From: an uncultured Candidatus Saccharibacteria bacterium
Lineage (GTDB): Bacteria; Patescibacteriota; Saccharimonadia; Saccharimonadales; UBA4665
DNA length: 64,000 bases
Direction: 5' to 3'
Assembly (NCBI GenBank): GCA_964484675.1
Contig: CAZAFC010000001.1
Location: forward strand, 2,826 to 66,825
A program made the translations under genes and the position numbers. This document shows, in pieces, positions 1 through 10,715 of this stretch (positions are counted from its first letter, which is position 1; every line of letters starts with the position of its first letter). The notes beneath the pieces are model-generated. The model saw nothing but the letters and a program-made list of their open reading frames with translations. It was not told where the DNA came from and searched no databases.

Positions 1-186
1 AGCCAAAACGGCTTGCCGCTTGGTGCAACCGTGCAAGGCGCCGTGCAGCATGTGTACAACCCGCTCGACGCTCTGAAAATCGAAACCACCGAAGGCGCCG
101 ATTGGACGCGGCTCCAGCCAGACTCCCACGCGCCCGATGGCTGGAAGCAGGTGGTGCCGCTGGGCAGTCGCAGCGCCGCAAATTAG
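1..186 (+). CDS. 3' end of an unidentified gene truncated by the window edge
   Basis: Frame +1 is open from base 1 to TAG at 184-186 (...DWTRLQPDSHAPDGWKQVVPLGSRSAAN*). An intrinsic terminator follows at 296-340. Not in the ORF track because no start lies in the window. Confidence 0.35.
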   Translation, partial: SQNGLPLGATVQGAVQHVYNPLDALKIETTEGADWTRLQPDSHAPDGWKQVVPLGSRSAAN

Positions 187-295
187 GCAACAAGCTATTA
201 CTGTTTGCGCACAAAAGCGCCTGGCCAGGACGGCCGAACAGTTGCCCCCCAATGTTACGCCATGCTACGCTCGCCAAATCCATTTCCCTCTCACT

Positions 296-340
296 AAAAA
301 TCGCCGCGGCAGTGCGTTGCCGTTTGGCGATTTTTGTTTC
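296..340 (+). terminator. Rho-independent terminator
   Basis: AAAAATCGCC (296-305) pairs with GGCGATTTTT (326-335), with an inner GGCA/TGCC stem, followed by a TTTTTGTTT tract. Confidence 0.55.
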
Positions 341-500
341 GTGCGCGCCCACCCTAGGCGACAGTTGTGTTTGTTTTCCGCCGCCCGTTTAGGCGCACGA
401 CTTACCCTAATCATAAGCTTTTTTGCTTATGTGTCAAGCGGCACGGCAACCGCATTCTCCCAATATTTCATGTGCCAGATCTAGCATAATCTCTATTAGA

Positions 501-509
501 TGATATAAT
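501..509 (+). promoter_or_regulatory. Extended -10 promoter element TGATATAAT
   Basis: Perfect TGnTATAAT about 100 nt upstream of the 612 ORF, in an AT-rich stretch. Confidence 0.35.
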
Positions 510-611
510 ATGATTGTCGTATCGTTCGACGCACTTTGAGAAGAAGCGAGTCGTTTGGCTTGCAACAGATGGCCACGCGCTTGATAGTGCGCCCAAAAAG
601 CCCTTGGAGGC

Positions 612-1148
612 ATGATGAAAGTCCCAAGCAGCATTAAGTCATACGCGGCTAAGGCTGGCAACGCACAGCGTGACCCCTTTGCCCGGAGGCGCGCGCCTTT
701 CCGCGGGCTCGAGCAGCCACGACCGCGCACGGCTACGCCGAGATCGATGCCCCTGTCGCCGGATACGCTGCCCAGGCACCGGAGCGTCGTGCGCAGCTGG
801 CACTGGACGCGGAAGCACACGCCATTGATCATCAGCGTGGCCTACGTCGGTCTGATCATCGTCTTTTGGAGACGATTCCTCGATGGTCTCGCCGTCACCG
901 AAGGCTACATGCCGCCGCGATCGGCCATGCCTATCTGGCCGGCAGCCGCGTCGACCACGTCGCTGATCACCAGCTTGCTGTTCTGGGTATTCGGCGTCGG
1001 CTTCACCGCGCTTGCCCTCTATCTGCTCGCGACGCCAAACCAGCAGCGACTGCCGGCCAAAGCGCTCATTGCGCCACTGGCGTTGGGCGGACTGCTCGGC
1101 ATGTGCGTGGGTGGGATACTCCTGCAAATGCTACTCGGCTATCGGTAG
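612..1148 (+). CDS. Hypothetical membrane protein (about 3 TM segments, basic N-terminus)
   Basis: 178-aa ORF with GGAGG at 606-610 and hydrophobic segments (LIISVAYVGLIIVFW, LLFWVFGVGFTALALYLL, LALGGLLGMCVGGILL). The overlapping antisense ORF is Arg-rich and unlikely to be real. Confidence 0.45.
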   Translation: MMKVPSSIKSYAAKAGNAQRDPFARRRAPFRGLEQPRPRTATPRSMPLSPDTLPRHRSVVRSWHWTRKHTPLIISVAYVGLIIVFWRRFLDGLAVTEGYMPPRSAMPIWPAAASTTSLITSLLFWVFGVGFTALALYLLATPNQQRLPAKALIAPLALGGLLGMCVGGILLQMLLGYR

Positions 1149-1320
1149 CCCATGCGCGCCGCCGCGATCGAGCCCATTTCTTGGGATCCATCGCGGCGGC
1201 GCCAGCAACACTTTTTGTGGCGTCGATAGCCCGTTCCACTGCGCTCGCTTCTTCTCTTTTATCACTTGCATAATACGAAAAACGTCTACTCGCAGCCTTG
1301 ATATGGCCATGTACGCTACA

Positions 1321-1887
1321 TCAATCTGTCGAGTCGAGATACGCCCGCAGTTTGGCGATCGCCTGCGCGCGGTGGCTCACCGGCTGAAGCTCGTCGTCGG
1401 TCATTTCGGCGTATGCTTTGGCATGGCCTTCAGGTATAAAAATGCTGTTCCAGCTCAGGCCGCCGTGCCAGCCGCTGTCGCCGCTTTCGCGCGGCTCGGG
1501 CGCGATGTGGCCGCGAACACTGCCCTCAAATGTCCGCAATTGCTCGCCGTCGAACAGGCCGTACACAATCGAAGCGGTTGCTCGCCGATTGTCGAAGCCG
1601 CCCAGCATCTTGAGCATGCCATCGTTGCCGACCTCTTCAAGAAACCATTTCACGAGCGTGCCGGGCAATCGCCCAAACGCCTCAAACGTCAGCGCCACAT
1701 CCTCCACGAGCACCGACTTGCCGATCAACTCATAAGCCCGTCGGGCTTTTTCGGCCACAACTTCATGCGAATCGAGCGACTGAATTTCGGGCAGATCGAC
1801 CTTCTGGTGAGCAATAGGCAGCCCGAGCCACTTGGCCAAATAGTCGGCCTTCGCCTGATTGCCGGTGATAAAAACAACATCAATCAC
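1321..1887 (-). CDS. rdgB: Non-canonical purine NTP pyrophosphatase (RdgB/HAM1 family)
   Basis: N-terminal ITGNQAKADY (ATGNxxK-type motif) and C-terminal FIPEGHAKAYAEM...VSHRAQA (SHR motif). AGGAGG Shine-Dalgarno before a GTG start. Confidence 0.85.
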   Translation of the reverse strand: MIDVVFITGNQAKADYLAKWLGLPIAHQKVDLPEIQSLDSHEVVAEKARRAYELIGKSVLVEDVALTFEAFGRLPGTLVKWFLEEVGNDGMLKMLGGFDNRRATASIVYGLFDGEQLRTFEGSVRGHIAPEPRESGDSGWHGGLSWNSIFIPEGHAKAYAEMTDDELQPVSHRAQAIAKLRAYLDSTD

Positions 1888-1953
1888 GGTAATTCCTCCT
1901 GCCTAAAGCGCAGCGCCATTGCCGCGCGAGCTTTCGATTTTCAAGCGCAGTGC

Positions 1954-3990
<2,037 letters not shown>

Positions 3991-5022
3991 CTAGAGCAAT
4001 TCCCGATACAGCGCATACATGTAGCTGTGCGCCAGGGCAATTGCCAGCATGCTCAGCAGCAAAAACACCCACGAGGCGAGCGGCGCAGCAACCATGATAA
4101 GCGGCACGATAATAATCGCCAGCAACAGCAGTAGCGCGAGCGGCAAGAACAGCAGCCTGCGAATCACCATCCAGCGCCGGCCAACCACCAGCTGGCCCGC
4201 TGAGCGCAGCGCGCGCATGGGCGTCATCTTCGGTAACGTGGCAATATACAGCGCAAAAATCGACGAGCAAACCATGTACAGCGAGATTGCCGCGAACAGC
4301 AGCAGCACAACCAACCACATGATTTTCTCAAATGCCAGCGCGGCGATGCCATTGCTCACGATCGCGGTGTAGAGCAGCGAACCGATGAAGAGCGGCAGCA
4401 TCTGCAGCGCCACCACGCCGAGCACCAGCACAAACGGCACCGCCGGCGTCATTCCCTCATAGTACGCATCACGAACGCGGATTTTCTCGCCCGCGTACAA
4501 CTGGCGCAGCGCCCAAATCACCGCCAAACTCGCCACCAAAAACAAAAAGAATTGATACGATCCGCTGCTGGCTGCTGTCGGCGTCACACCAGTGCCAGTG
4601 GATGATACGGTCGCGTTGGCCGAGCCGAGCAGATAGGCGAACGTCGATAGCCCGGTGGCCAGATGCGCATACTTGCCGGTAAATGTCTGCGCCAATGTGG
4701 TTTTGGTCTGTGCCACGTTCAGATTGCCGAACCCCTGCACAAACACGACATTCAGCAACGTATACACGCCGATGATGCCGAGCATGATTTTCCAGTTTGC
4801 AAACAGTATCGTAAAAGCCTTGCGAAACAGGCGAAATCCCGACGGCAATTCTGGGCGCTGGACTTTCACCCGCTTTTGCAATGCAAACGACGTGTATGGC
4901 GTGGTGCGCAGGCGGCGGTTTTTTGGCGCAGGCCTGCTTGGGGAACGAGCCGCTTCTGCGCTCAGTTTAGAAGAGCTGGCGGCTTTGGGCGAAGCGTTCT
5001 TTTTGTGCGCGGATTCGCTCAT
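3991..5022 (-). CDS. Polytopic membrane protein of unknown function, basic/Ser-rich N-terminus
   Basis: 343-aa ORF with at least 6 hydrophobic helices, packed 3 nt from htpX and 3 nt from ligA, implying an operon. Confidence 0.7.
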   Translation of the reverse strand: MSESAHKKNASPKAASSSKLSAEAARSPSRPAPKNRRLRTTPYTSFALQKRVKVQRPELPSGFRLFRKAFTILFANWKIMLGIIGVYTLLNVVFVQGFGNLNVAQTKTTLAQTFTGKYAHLATGLSTFAYLLGSANATVSSTGTGVTPTAASSGSYQFFLFLVASLAVIWALRQLYAGEKIRVRDAYYEGMTPAVPFVLVLGVVALQMLPLFIGSLLYTAIVSNGIAALAFEKIMWLVVLLLFAAISLYMVCSSIFALYIATLPKMTPMRALRSAGQLVVGRRWMVIRRLLFLPLALLLLLAIIIVPLIMVAAPLASWVFLLLSMLAIALAHSYMYALYRELL

Positions 5023-5025
5023 GGC

Positions 5026-5901
5026 TCAAGCATGTGTCCCCATGTCACGCAAGCGTCGGATGCGCTCTTCAATAGGCGGATGCGTGCTAAACAGATTGGC
5101 CACGCCGCGAGCGCGCAGCGGATTTGCAAAGAAGAAATGCGCCGTGGATGTGTTTTGGCGGCGCAAAACGCTGCCGCTGCGGCCGATTTTTTCGAGCGCA
5201 CTCGCCAAGCCTTCCGGGTAGCGCGTGGTCAGAGCGCCGGTGGCGTCCGCCAGATATTCCCGCTTGCGTGAAATCGCCAGCTGGATGAGAGTGGCAATGA
5301 GCGGCGCCAAAATTGCCGCCACAATGCCAAGAACCAGAATCGCCGGATTGTTTTCTTCTTCGTCACGCCCGCGGAACCATGTCATGCGCAAAATAATGTC
5401 AGCCAAGATCGAGATCACTGCCGACAGCGCAAAAGCGATCATCGCCACACGAATGTCATAGTTCTTCACGTGTCCAAGCTCGTGCGCGAACACGCCCTGG
5501 AGCTCGTTGTCGTCCATCATATTGAGCAATCCGGTCGTAGCACACACCGCGGCGTGGTCCGGATCGCGACCAGTGGAAAACGCGTTTGGCGCCGGATCGT
5601 TGATGATGAACACGCGCGGCATCGGCAATCCATCAGTAATGGCTAGGTTTTCGATGATCTGCCACATGCGCGGATTGTCTTTTTTCTGAATTTCCTGCGC
5701 GCCATTGAGTGCGAGCGACATGCGGCTGCCGGTGAAGTAACTGATGGCCGCGTAGCAAAGCGCACCGATCAGCACCGCAATCGTCAGGCTCGTCGACTGC
5801 ATGTATGCGCCGAACAGCCACGCCAGCGCGCCGGCGAACAGCATAAATCCGAACATAATATATATGGTGCGGCGTTTGTTACTTGCAATTTGGCTGTACA
5901 T
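5026..5901 (-). CDS. htpX: Zinc metalloprotease HtpX (M48)
   Basis: HELGHVKNYD HExxH motif, N-terminal TM helices, and conserved C-terminal LFSTHPPIEERI. Confidence 0.9.
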   Translation of the reverse strand: MYSQIASNKRRTIYIMFGFMLFAGALAWLFGAYMQSTSLTIAVLIGALCYAAISYFTGSRMSLALNGAQEIQKKDNPRMWQIIENLAITDGLPMPRVFIINDPAPNAFSTGRDPDHAAVCATTGLLNMMDDNELQGVFAHELGHVKNYDIRVAMIAFALSAVISILADIILRMTWFRGRDEEENNPAILVLGIVAAILAPLIATLIQLAISRKREYLADATGALTTRYPEGLASALEKIGRSGSVLRRQNTSTAHFFFANPLRARGVANLFSTHPPIEERIRRLRDMGTHA

Positions 5902-5986
5902 AGGTTCTTTCGTTGCTCTTACGAGTCCAGCAAATGATGCGCTTGCCGAACGAGCTTATTGATATCTCGCGTAAGTGCTGGCAATC

Positions 5987-6547
5987 CTAAAATTTTACTG
6001 AAACGGGCTCTTGCACGGCAGCGGTCTGCGCGTCGTCAAGCTCAAAGAACGGTTTGTCTTGCTTGAAGCCGAGCATGTTTGCAAAAACGCTTGTCGGAAA
6101 CACTTTGCGCTTGGTGTTGAAATCGCGCGCGATGCCGTTGTAGAAACGACGCGAAGCCTGGATTTTGTCTTCGGTGTCCACAAGCTCGTTCTGCAGCGCC
6201 ATGAAGTTCTGGTTGGCCTTCAGCTGCGGGTAATTCTCGGCAACGGCAAACAAGCTTTTGAGCGTGCTCTGAAATTGATTCTCGGCCTGAGCGGTCTGCT
6301 CAACGCCTTGCGCGTTCAGCGCTTGCGCCCGAGCTTCGGTAACGTCTTCAAATACAGACTTTTCGTGAGTGGCGTAGCCTTTCACGGTGTTGACGAGATT
6401 CGGGATGAGGTCGTAACGGCGCTTGAGCTGGACCGTGATGTCGCTCCAGGCTTCTTGTGCACGCACGTTAAGTTTGACCAAGCCGTTGTACATCGCACCC
6501 AAGACGAGCACGATCAGTACAACCACCGCGATAACAATCCAAATCAT
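5987..6547 (-). CDS. lemA: LemA family protein
   Basis: 186 aa with an N-terminal TM and typical LemA blocks (YNGLVKL..., RRYDLIPNLV, ENYPQLKAN, RRFYN). AAGGAG SD. Classic lemA-htpX pairing. Confidence 0.9.
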   Translation of the reverse strand: MIWIVIAVVVLIVLVLGAMYNGLVKLNVRAQEAWSDITVQLKRRYDLIPNLVNTVKGYATHEKSVFEDVTEARAQALNAQGVEQTAQAENQFQSTLKSLFAVAENYPQLKANQNFMALQNELVDTEDKIQASRRFYNGIARDFNTKRKVFPTSVFANMLGFKQDKPFFELDDAQTAAVQEPVSVKF

Positions 6548-6662
6548 AAGAGGCTCCTTACTTTGATACCACTAGTATAGCGCATTTGGCGCACCACAAG
6601 CAATTTCGTTCACAATTCCGGCAGCGCATGCTACACTTTTTGCAGAAAAGATAAGAGGAATC

Positions 6663-8108
6663 ATGCGCGCATCAAACCATCACCGTGTTCGCCGTGTCCG
6701 CTCACTCAAGAAACGTGCTGTGCTGGTTGCCGGCGTTCTGGGCGTAGTTTTTGTCCTTATAAATATCGTCATGGTCGCCATGTACTGGAATCGCGCGCTA
6801 CCGCACACGAATCTCGGCCGACTGCAAGTGAGCGGCAAGCAGCTGAGTTCGCTTTCGCAGGTGAATGTGGATGAAATTTTGCCTGCCTCGGTGACCGTCA
6901 GTCGTGGCCAAACGGCCCAATTCCTTGCGCCAAGCTCGCTTGGGATTGTCGTGGACACGCCGGCGGCGGCGCATTCGCTCAAGACGTCGTGGCTCCGATG
7001 GTTGCCCACGCTGAGCGTGCTTGTCCATCAGCATGCGGCGCTGCATATTTCAGTAAACGCGGTGCGATTTGGGCAAGCCACTGCACAGCTGACGAATGCG
7101 TTCAATCAGCCATCGCTGCCTCGGCATATTGTGTTCCAGCCGTCGCAATCGGCATTTGTGGTCGCGCCGGCCGAGACTGGCTACACCTTCGACAGCAAAT
7201 CATTCCAGGCTGATCTGATCGCAGCGCTGCAAGCCGGTCGTGCGCACCTCACCGCGCCCATCACCGCCCTGCCCGCCAGTCCGGCCGGCACCGATCCTTC
7301 GCCGCAACTTGCCGAACTCCAAAAGCAGCTCGACACCAAGCTGAGTTTCATCTACCAAGCCACAACAATCACGCCGAGTGCAAGCGACAAGGCCAGCTGG
7401 TTCGCAAATAACGGCCAAGGGCTCAGCCTTGCAGCCGCCAATATCGCCGCATACGTTGCCAAGGTTGGCCAGCAAAAGCATGCCACCATCGCCAATCAAC
7501 GCGACATCGCGACCGCCGTCATGTACGCGCTCGGCAAACATCAAGCGCTCAGCCTTGTGCTTGTGCCGGCCGGCGGCAACACGGTAGTTCGCACTTACTG
7601 CACGGCAACGCGCGACGTAAGTAACGCCGTGCTCAGCGAACTCGAGGGTAAACTCGCGGCCACCTACGCCGACGTGCGTGGCTGGAACGACAGTGGCCAG
7701 ATTGCCTTCGAACACGTCGACAGTGGCTGCCAATACACCGTGTGGATGGCAGCTTCGTCACAAATGACCAGCTTCGGCGCCATCTGCGACGACTATTACA
7801 ATTGCCAGGTTGGCACCAATGTGGTGATGAACTACGATCGCTGGACGGGCGCCACGCCGCCCTGGAACCAAACCGGCGGTAGCATCGAAGACTACCACAC
7901 GCTCATGATCGACCACGAAACTGGCCATCGGCTCGGCTTCCTCGACAATCCCACTTGCCCTGGCGCAGGCCAGCCCGCACCCGTGATGATGCAACAATCC
8001 ATCGATCTCAAAGGCTGCGTGTTCAACATCTGGCCACGGCCAGCCGAATTCAGCCAACTCGATCACTCGCTCGGTATCGCACCCACCTCCGTCAATATTC
8101 AGGAATAA
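6663..8108 (+). CDS. Membrane-anchored protein with a C-terminal DUF3152-like HExxH metallopeptidase-type domain
   Basis: AAGAGGA SD and an N-terminal TM. The C-terminus reads ...NVVMNYDRW...YHTLMIDHETGHRLGF...CPGAGQPAPVMMQQS...GC..NIWP, which matches my memory of actinobacterial DUF3152. Confidence 0.7.
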   Translation: MRASNHHRVRRVRSLKKRAVLVAGVLGVVFVLINIVMVAMYWNRALPHTNLGRLQVSGKQLSSLSQVNVDEILPASVTVSRGQTAQFLAPSSLGIVVDTPAAAHSLKTSWLRWLPTLSVLVHQHAALHISVNAVRFGQATAQLTNAFNQPSLPRHIVFQPSQSAFVVAPAETGYTFDSKSFQADLIAALQAGRAHLTAPITALPASPAGTDPSPQLAELQKQLDTKLSFIYQATTITPSASDKASWFANNGQGLSLAAANIAAYVAKVGQQKHATIANQRDIATAVMYALGKHQALSLVLVPAGGNTVVRTYCTATRDVSNAVLSELEGKLAATYADVRGWNDSGQIAFEHVDSGCQYTVWMAASSQMTSFGAICDDYYNCQVGTNVVMNYDRWTGATPPWNQTGGSIEDYHTLMIDHETGHRLGFLDNPTCPGAGQPAPVMMQQSIDLKGCVFNIWPRPAEFSQLDHSLGIAPTSVNIQE

Positions 8109-8351
8109 GCCTCGCCTTTGCCGACGTGTTCGCGCAACAAGTGTGCGGCGCATACCCAACACGCCTGTGTCAGGTATGGTTTTTGCCTACTCAATATCTC
8201 TATTGCGCTGGCGAAGCTTTCGCCACGACAAGACAAATATTGAATTGCCAGGGCGGATGGTGTCGAGAAGAATCTCGGCAGCGCATCCGCCCCTTTCGGC
8301 AAAGTCACGCACATGCGCAGTTGGCTACTGCGCCGGCATGTGTGGTGCTAC

Positions 8352-10208
8352 CTAGCTGTGCGTCGCTGACGGCGCGGGGGTCGTCGGACTCGCGGAAGAC
8401 TGCGCGCCGGTCTTGCTCTGAGCGAGGCCCAGGTAGTACTGTGCGCAGGCGAGAGCCTGACTGGTGGTCAGACTCTCTGGCGGCGCGCACACGAGCGTGC
8501 CCGTGCTGCCGCCGCTCACCGGAGTGGTGGGCGGTGTGCCGCCGGTCGGCGCTGAGCTCGACGATCCCGGAGTGGGGTCGTACGTCAGCGTCGAGTTGGC
8601 GCCGGTCATCACGTTGACGAAGCTCACCTGAGAACCCTGCTTCAGGTCACTCGGCACCTCGATGTAGGCCACGCTGAGCCCCGAGACATCGATGATGCCA
8701 CGGAACTGGTTGTTGCCGTACGGGAGGATCTCCTTCAGCGCGCCACCGTTGACCTTGATGGTCGGGTCGGCGATGCTGATCATCGCGTTCATCGCGCCCT
8801 CCAGCGTTGACATGCTCTGCGGGTTTGCGTCCTTCGACATGATGATGCTCAGGCCATTCAAGCCCGACCCCACCTGGTCGACCCGCTCAACCGCGTAGGC
8901 GACGATTTTTTGCGACTTGCTCCGCGGCGTCAGCGGTGTGACGGCGTAGAGGTGACCATCGCGCTTGCTCTCGAGGATATACTCCCCGGGATTGAGCGCG
9001 TTGGACTCGATGTTCGTCCGCTCGAACCCGAAGTTTCCGCGGTCGTGGTTGCCATGTCCGGCAGCCCAGGCCGTGGCATCGATCTGCGCAGTCACCACGG
9101 ACTGTGGGTAAACCGGCACCGGATACTGGCCAGGCGCCACCGTCGAGTAGTACACCATGTGCGGCGCGCCAGTGCTCGAACCGGTCAGCTCGATCACGCC
9201 CGCCGGCTCTTGCACGGAGCGACCTCCGAAGAAGTGCTGCCGCGTGACCGACAGGATGATCACCGGACGCAGCTCGTTCGTCTTCGGGTCCATCTTGCAG
9301 TATCCGGACACATCGGTGTCCTTGAACGTGACGTTCGGGAATTTCTCCGCCACCAGGTTGGTCAGGTCGTTCGACTTGGTTCCGCGGAAGGCCCGGCCGA
9401 ACTGGTAGTCGGTCATGTTGAACTTGCAGGAGGTCGTCTGATTGCTCCGGCCGTCCCACTCCATCACGCCCTCAACCGGGTTCTGGTAGCCGGAGCCATC
9501 CAGCACACCCGTCCAGCGCGCCGGCTCGGAAGCCGTGCCCGGCAGGTAGTGCAGCGAGGACGTCATGAGGTCCACGCCCGACATGGTAGCGCCGGCCTTC
9601 TCCATCTGGTACTGCGCCGCGGCAAACGACGACGTTCGTGGCTCGAAGTCGTAGTCCGCCAGGCTAGCGTCCGTAGTCAGGATGCACGACGCGACGTCGG
9701 AGTTGCCCTCAAGAGTGCAGCCCGGCTTGCTGGACGCATGAGCGCCCTTAAGCAGGTCGCGGAGGGTGTCCGGTGTGGAATTGGGCGCGACTTCGAAAGT
9801 CGTCGCCGAACCGTTGTACCGGCCCCTGTCCTCGTTGTTCATCCACAGGGCACTGCCCAGGAACATCACGAAGCAGTAGGCCGCGGCAATCCCACACACA
9901 GCGGCGATCTTGCCGGCACCACGCAGACCCTCGTATACGGACGCGACGATGACGGCCGTCACGACCAATCCGATCGACAGCCACAGGTACGACCAGCTGC
10001 CCAAATGGAGCATGTTGCGGTCAATGCCCTGCCAGATAGCCTGCTGCCGCACACCGAAGCCTCCGAAGAGGACCCGGCCGCCTCCGACGATAAGCGCCAT
10101 CAGCAGCGGCATCCACAGCCACCAGCCGATGAGCAGGATGAGCGCAGAGCCCCAGCTGTCGTTGGACGAGCTCTCGGGAGTCGGCCGCCGATCGGTTTTT
10201 TCAGCCAT
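8352..10208 (-). CDS. Large membrane-anchored protein of unknown function (4 N-terminal TM helices, Pro/Thr/Ser-rich C-terminus)
   Basis: The ORF track starts at a TTG (10220), but GGAGG at 10214-10218 sits 5 nt before the ATG at 10208 (MAEKTDRR...), so I prefer 10208. Confidence 0.75.
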   Translation of the reverse strand: MAEKTDRRPTPESSSNDSWGSALILLIGWWLWMPLLMALIVGGGRVLFGGFGVRQQAIWQGIDRNMLHLGSWSYLWLSIGLVVTAVIVASVYEGLRGAGKIAAVCGIAAAYCFVMFLGSALWMNNEDRGRYNGSATTFEVAPNSTPDTLRDLLKGAHASSKPGCTLEGNSDVASCILTTDASLADYDFEPRTSSFAAAQYQMEKAGATMSGVDLMTSSLHYLPGTASEPARWTGVLDGSGYQNPVEGVMEWDGRSNQTTSCKFNMTDYQFGRAFRGTKSNDLTNLVAEKFPNVTFKDTDVSGYCKMDPKTNELRPVIILSVTRQHFFGGRSVQEPAGVIELTGSSTGAPHMVYYSTVAPGQYPVPVYPQSVVTAQIDATAWAAGHGNHDRGNFGFERTNIESNALNPGEYILESKRDGHLYAVTPLTPRSKSQKIVAYAVERVDQVGSGLNGLSIIMSKDANPQSMSTLEGAMNAMISIADPTIKVNGGALKEILPYGNNQFRGIIDVSGLSVAYIEVPSDLKQGSQVSFVNVMTGANSTLTYDPTPGSSSSAPTGGTPPTTPVSGGSTGTLVCAPPESLTTSQALACAQYYLGLAQSKTGAQSSASPTTPAPSATHS

Positions 10209-10241
10209 GTTCACCTCCAAGTGAACTAGGTATTACACACC

Positions 10242-10290
10242 CCAATGGTGCTGGCGCGGTCGAACGCATCGGCCGCAGCAGCACCATTGG
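10242..10290 (-). promoter_or_regulatory. 12-bp perfect stem-loop in the 5' leader of the 8352-10208 gene
   Basis: CCAATGGTGCTG (10242-10253) pairs with CAGCACCATTGG (10279-10290), plus an inner GCGG/CCGC stem. It lies about 21 nt upstream of the SD on the minus strand. Confidence 0.3.
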
Positions 10291-10715
10291 AGACTTTTCT
10301 GCCAAAAAACGAGCCCGGGATTTCTCCCAAGCTTCTGCGCTATCTTATACACTAAACTCTACAGATCCGCAAGCGTAAGCTCCTACCAAACATAGCTGCG
10401 TTAACCAGGCGTTCGTCACTACAGTGTGCCCGTAACGCTCACGGCGAAAACTCGGTGGTTGCTTTGTCAAGCGCCGACGAGAGTTGCGGCGATTACTTTG
10501 GCGTTGGCGACATAGCCATAATCTGTCACAATATTACTAGGCTGTATGTCGAGCTCAGACTCCCTAAGAGAGTTCTTTAACAAGCGTTGCTTCACCACCT
10601 TCCCGCAAGCCGCCCCAACCCTCCAAAGCATGCCCTCGTGCAGAAGCAAAAGTTTCCGCACGTTCTTGGGCATCCTTTGGCAGGGCGCCAAGGAGTTGTG
10701 GAGAAAGGATTGGCC

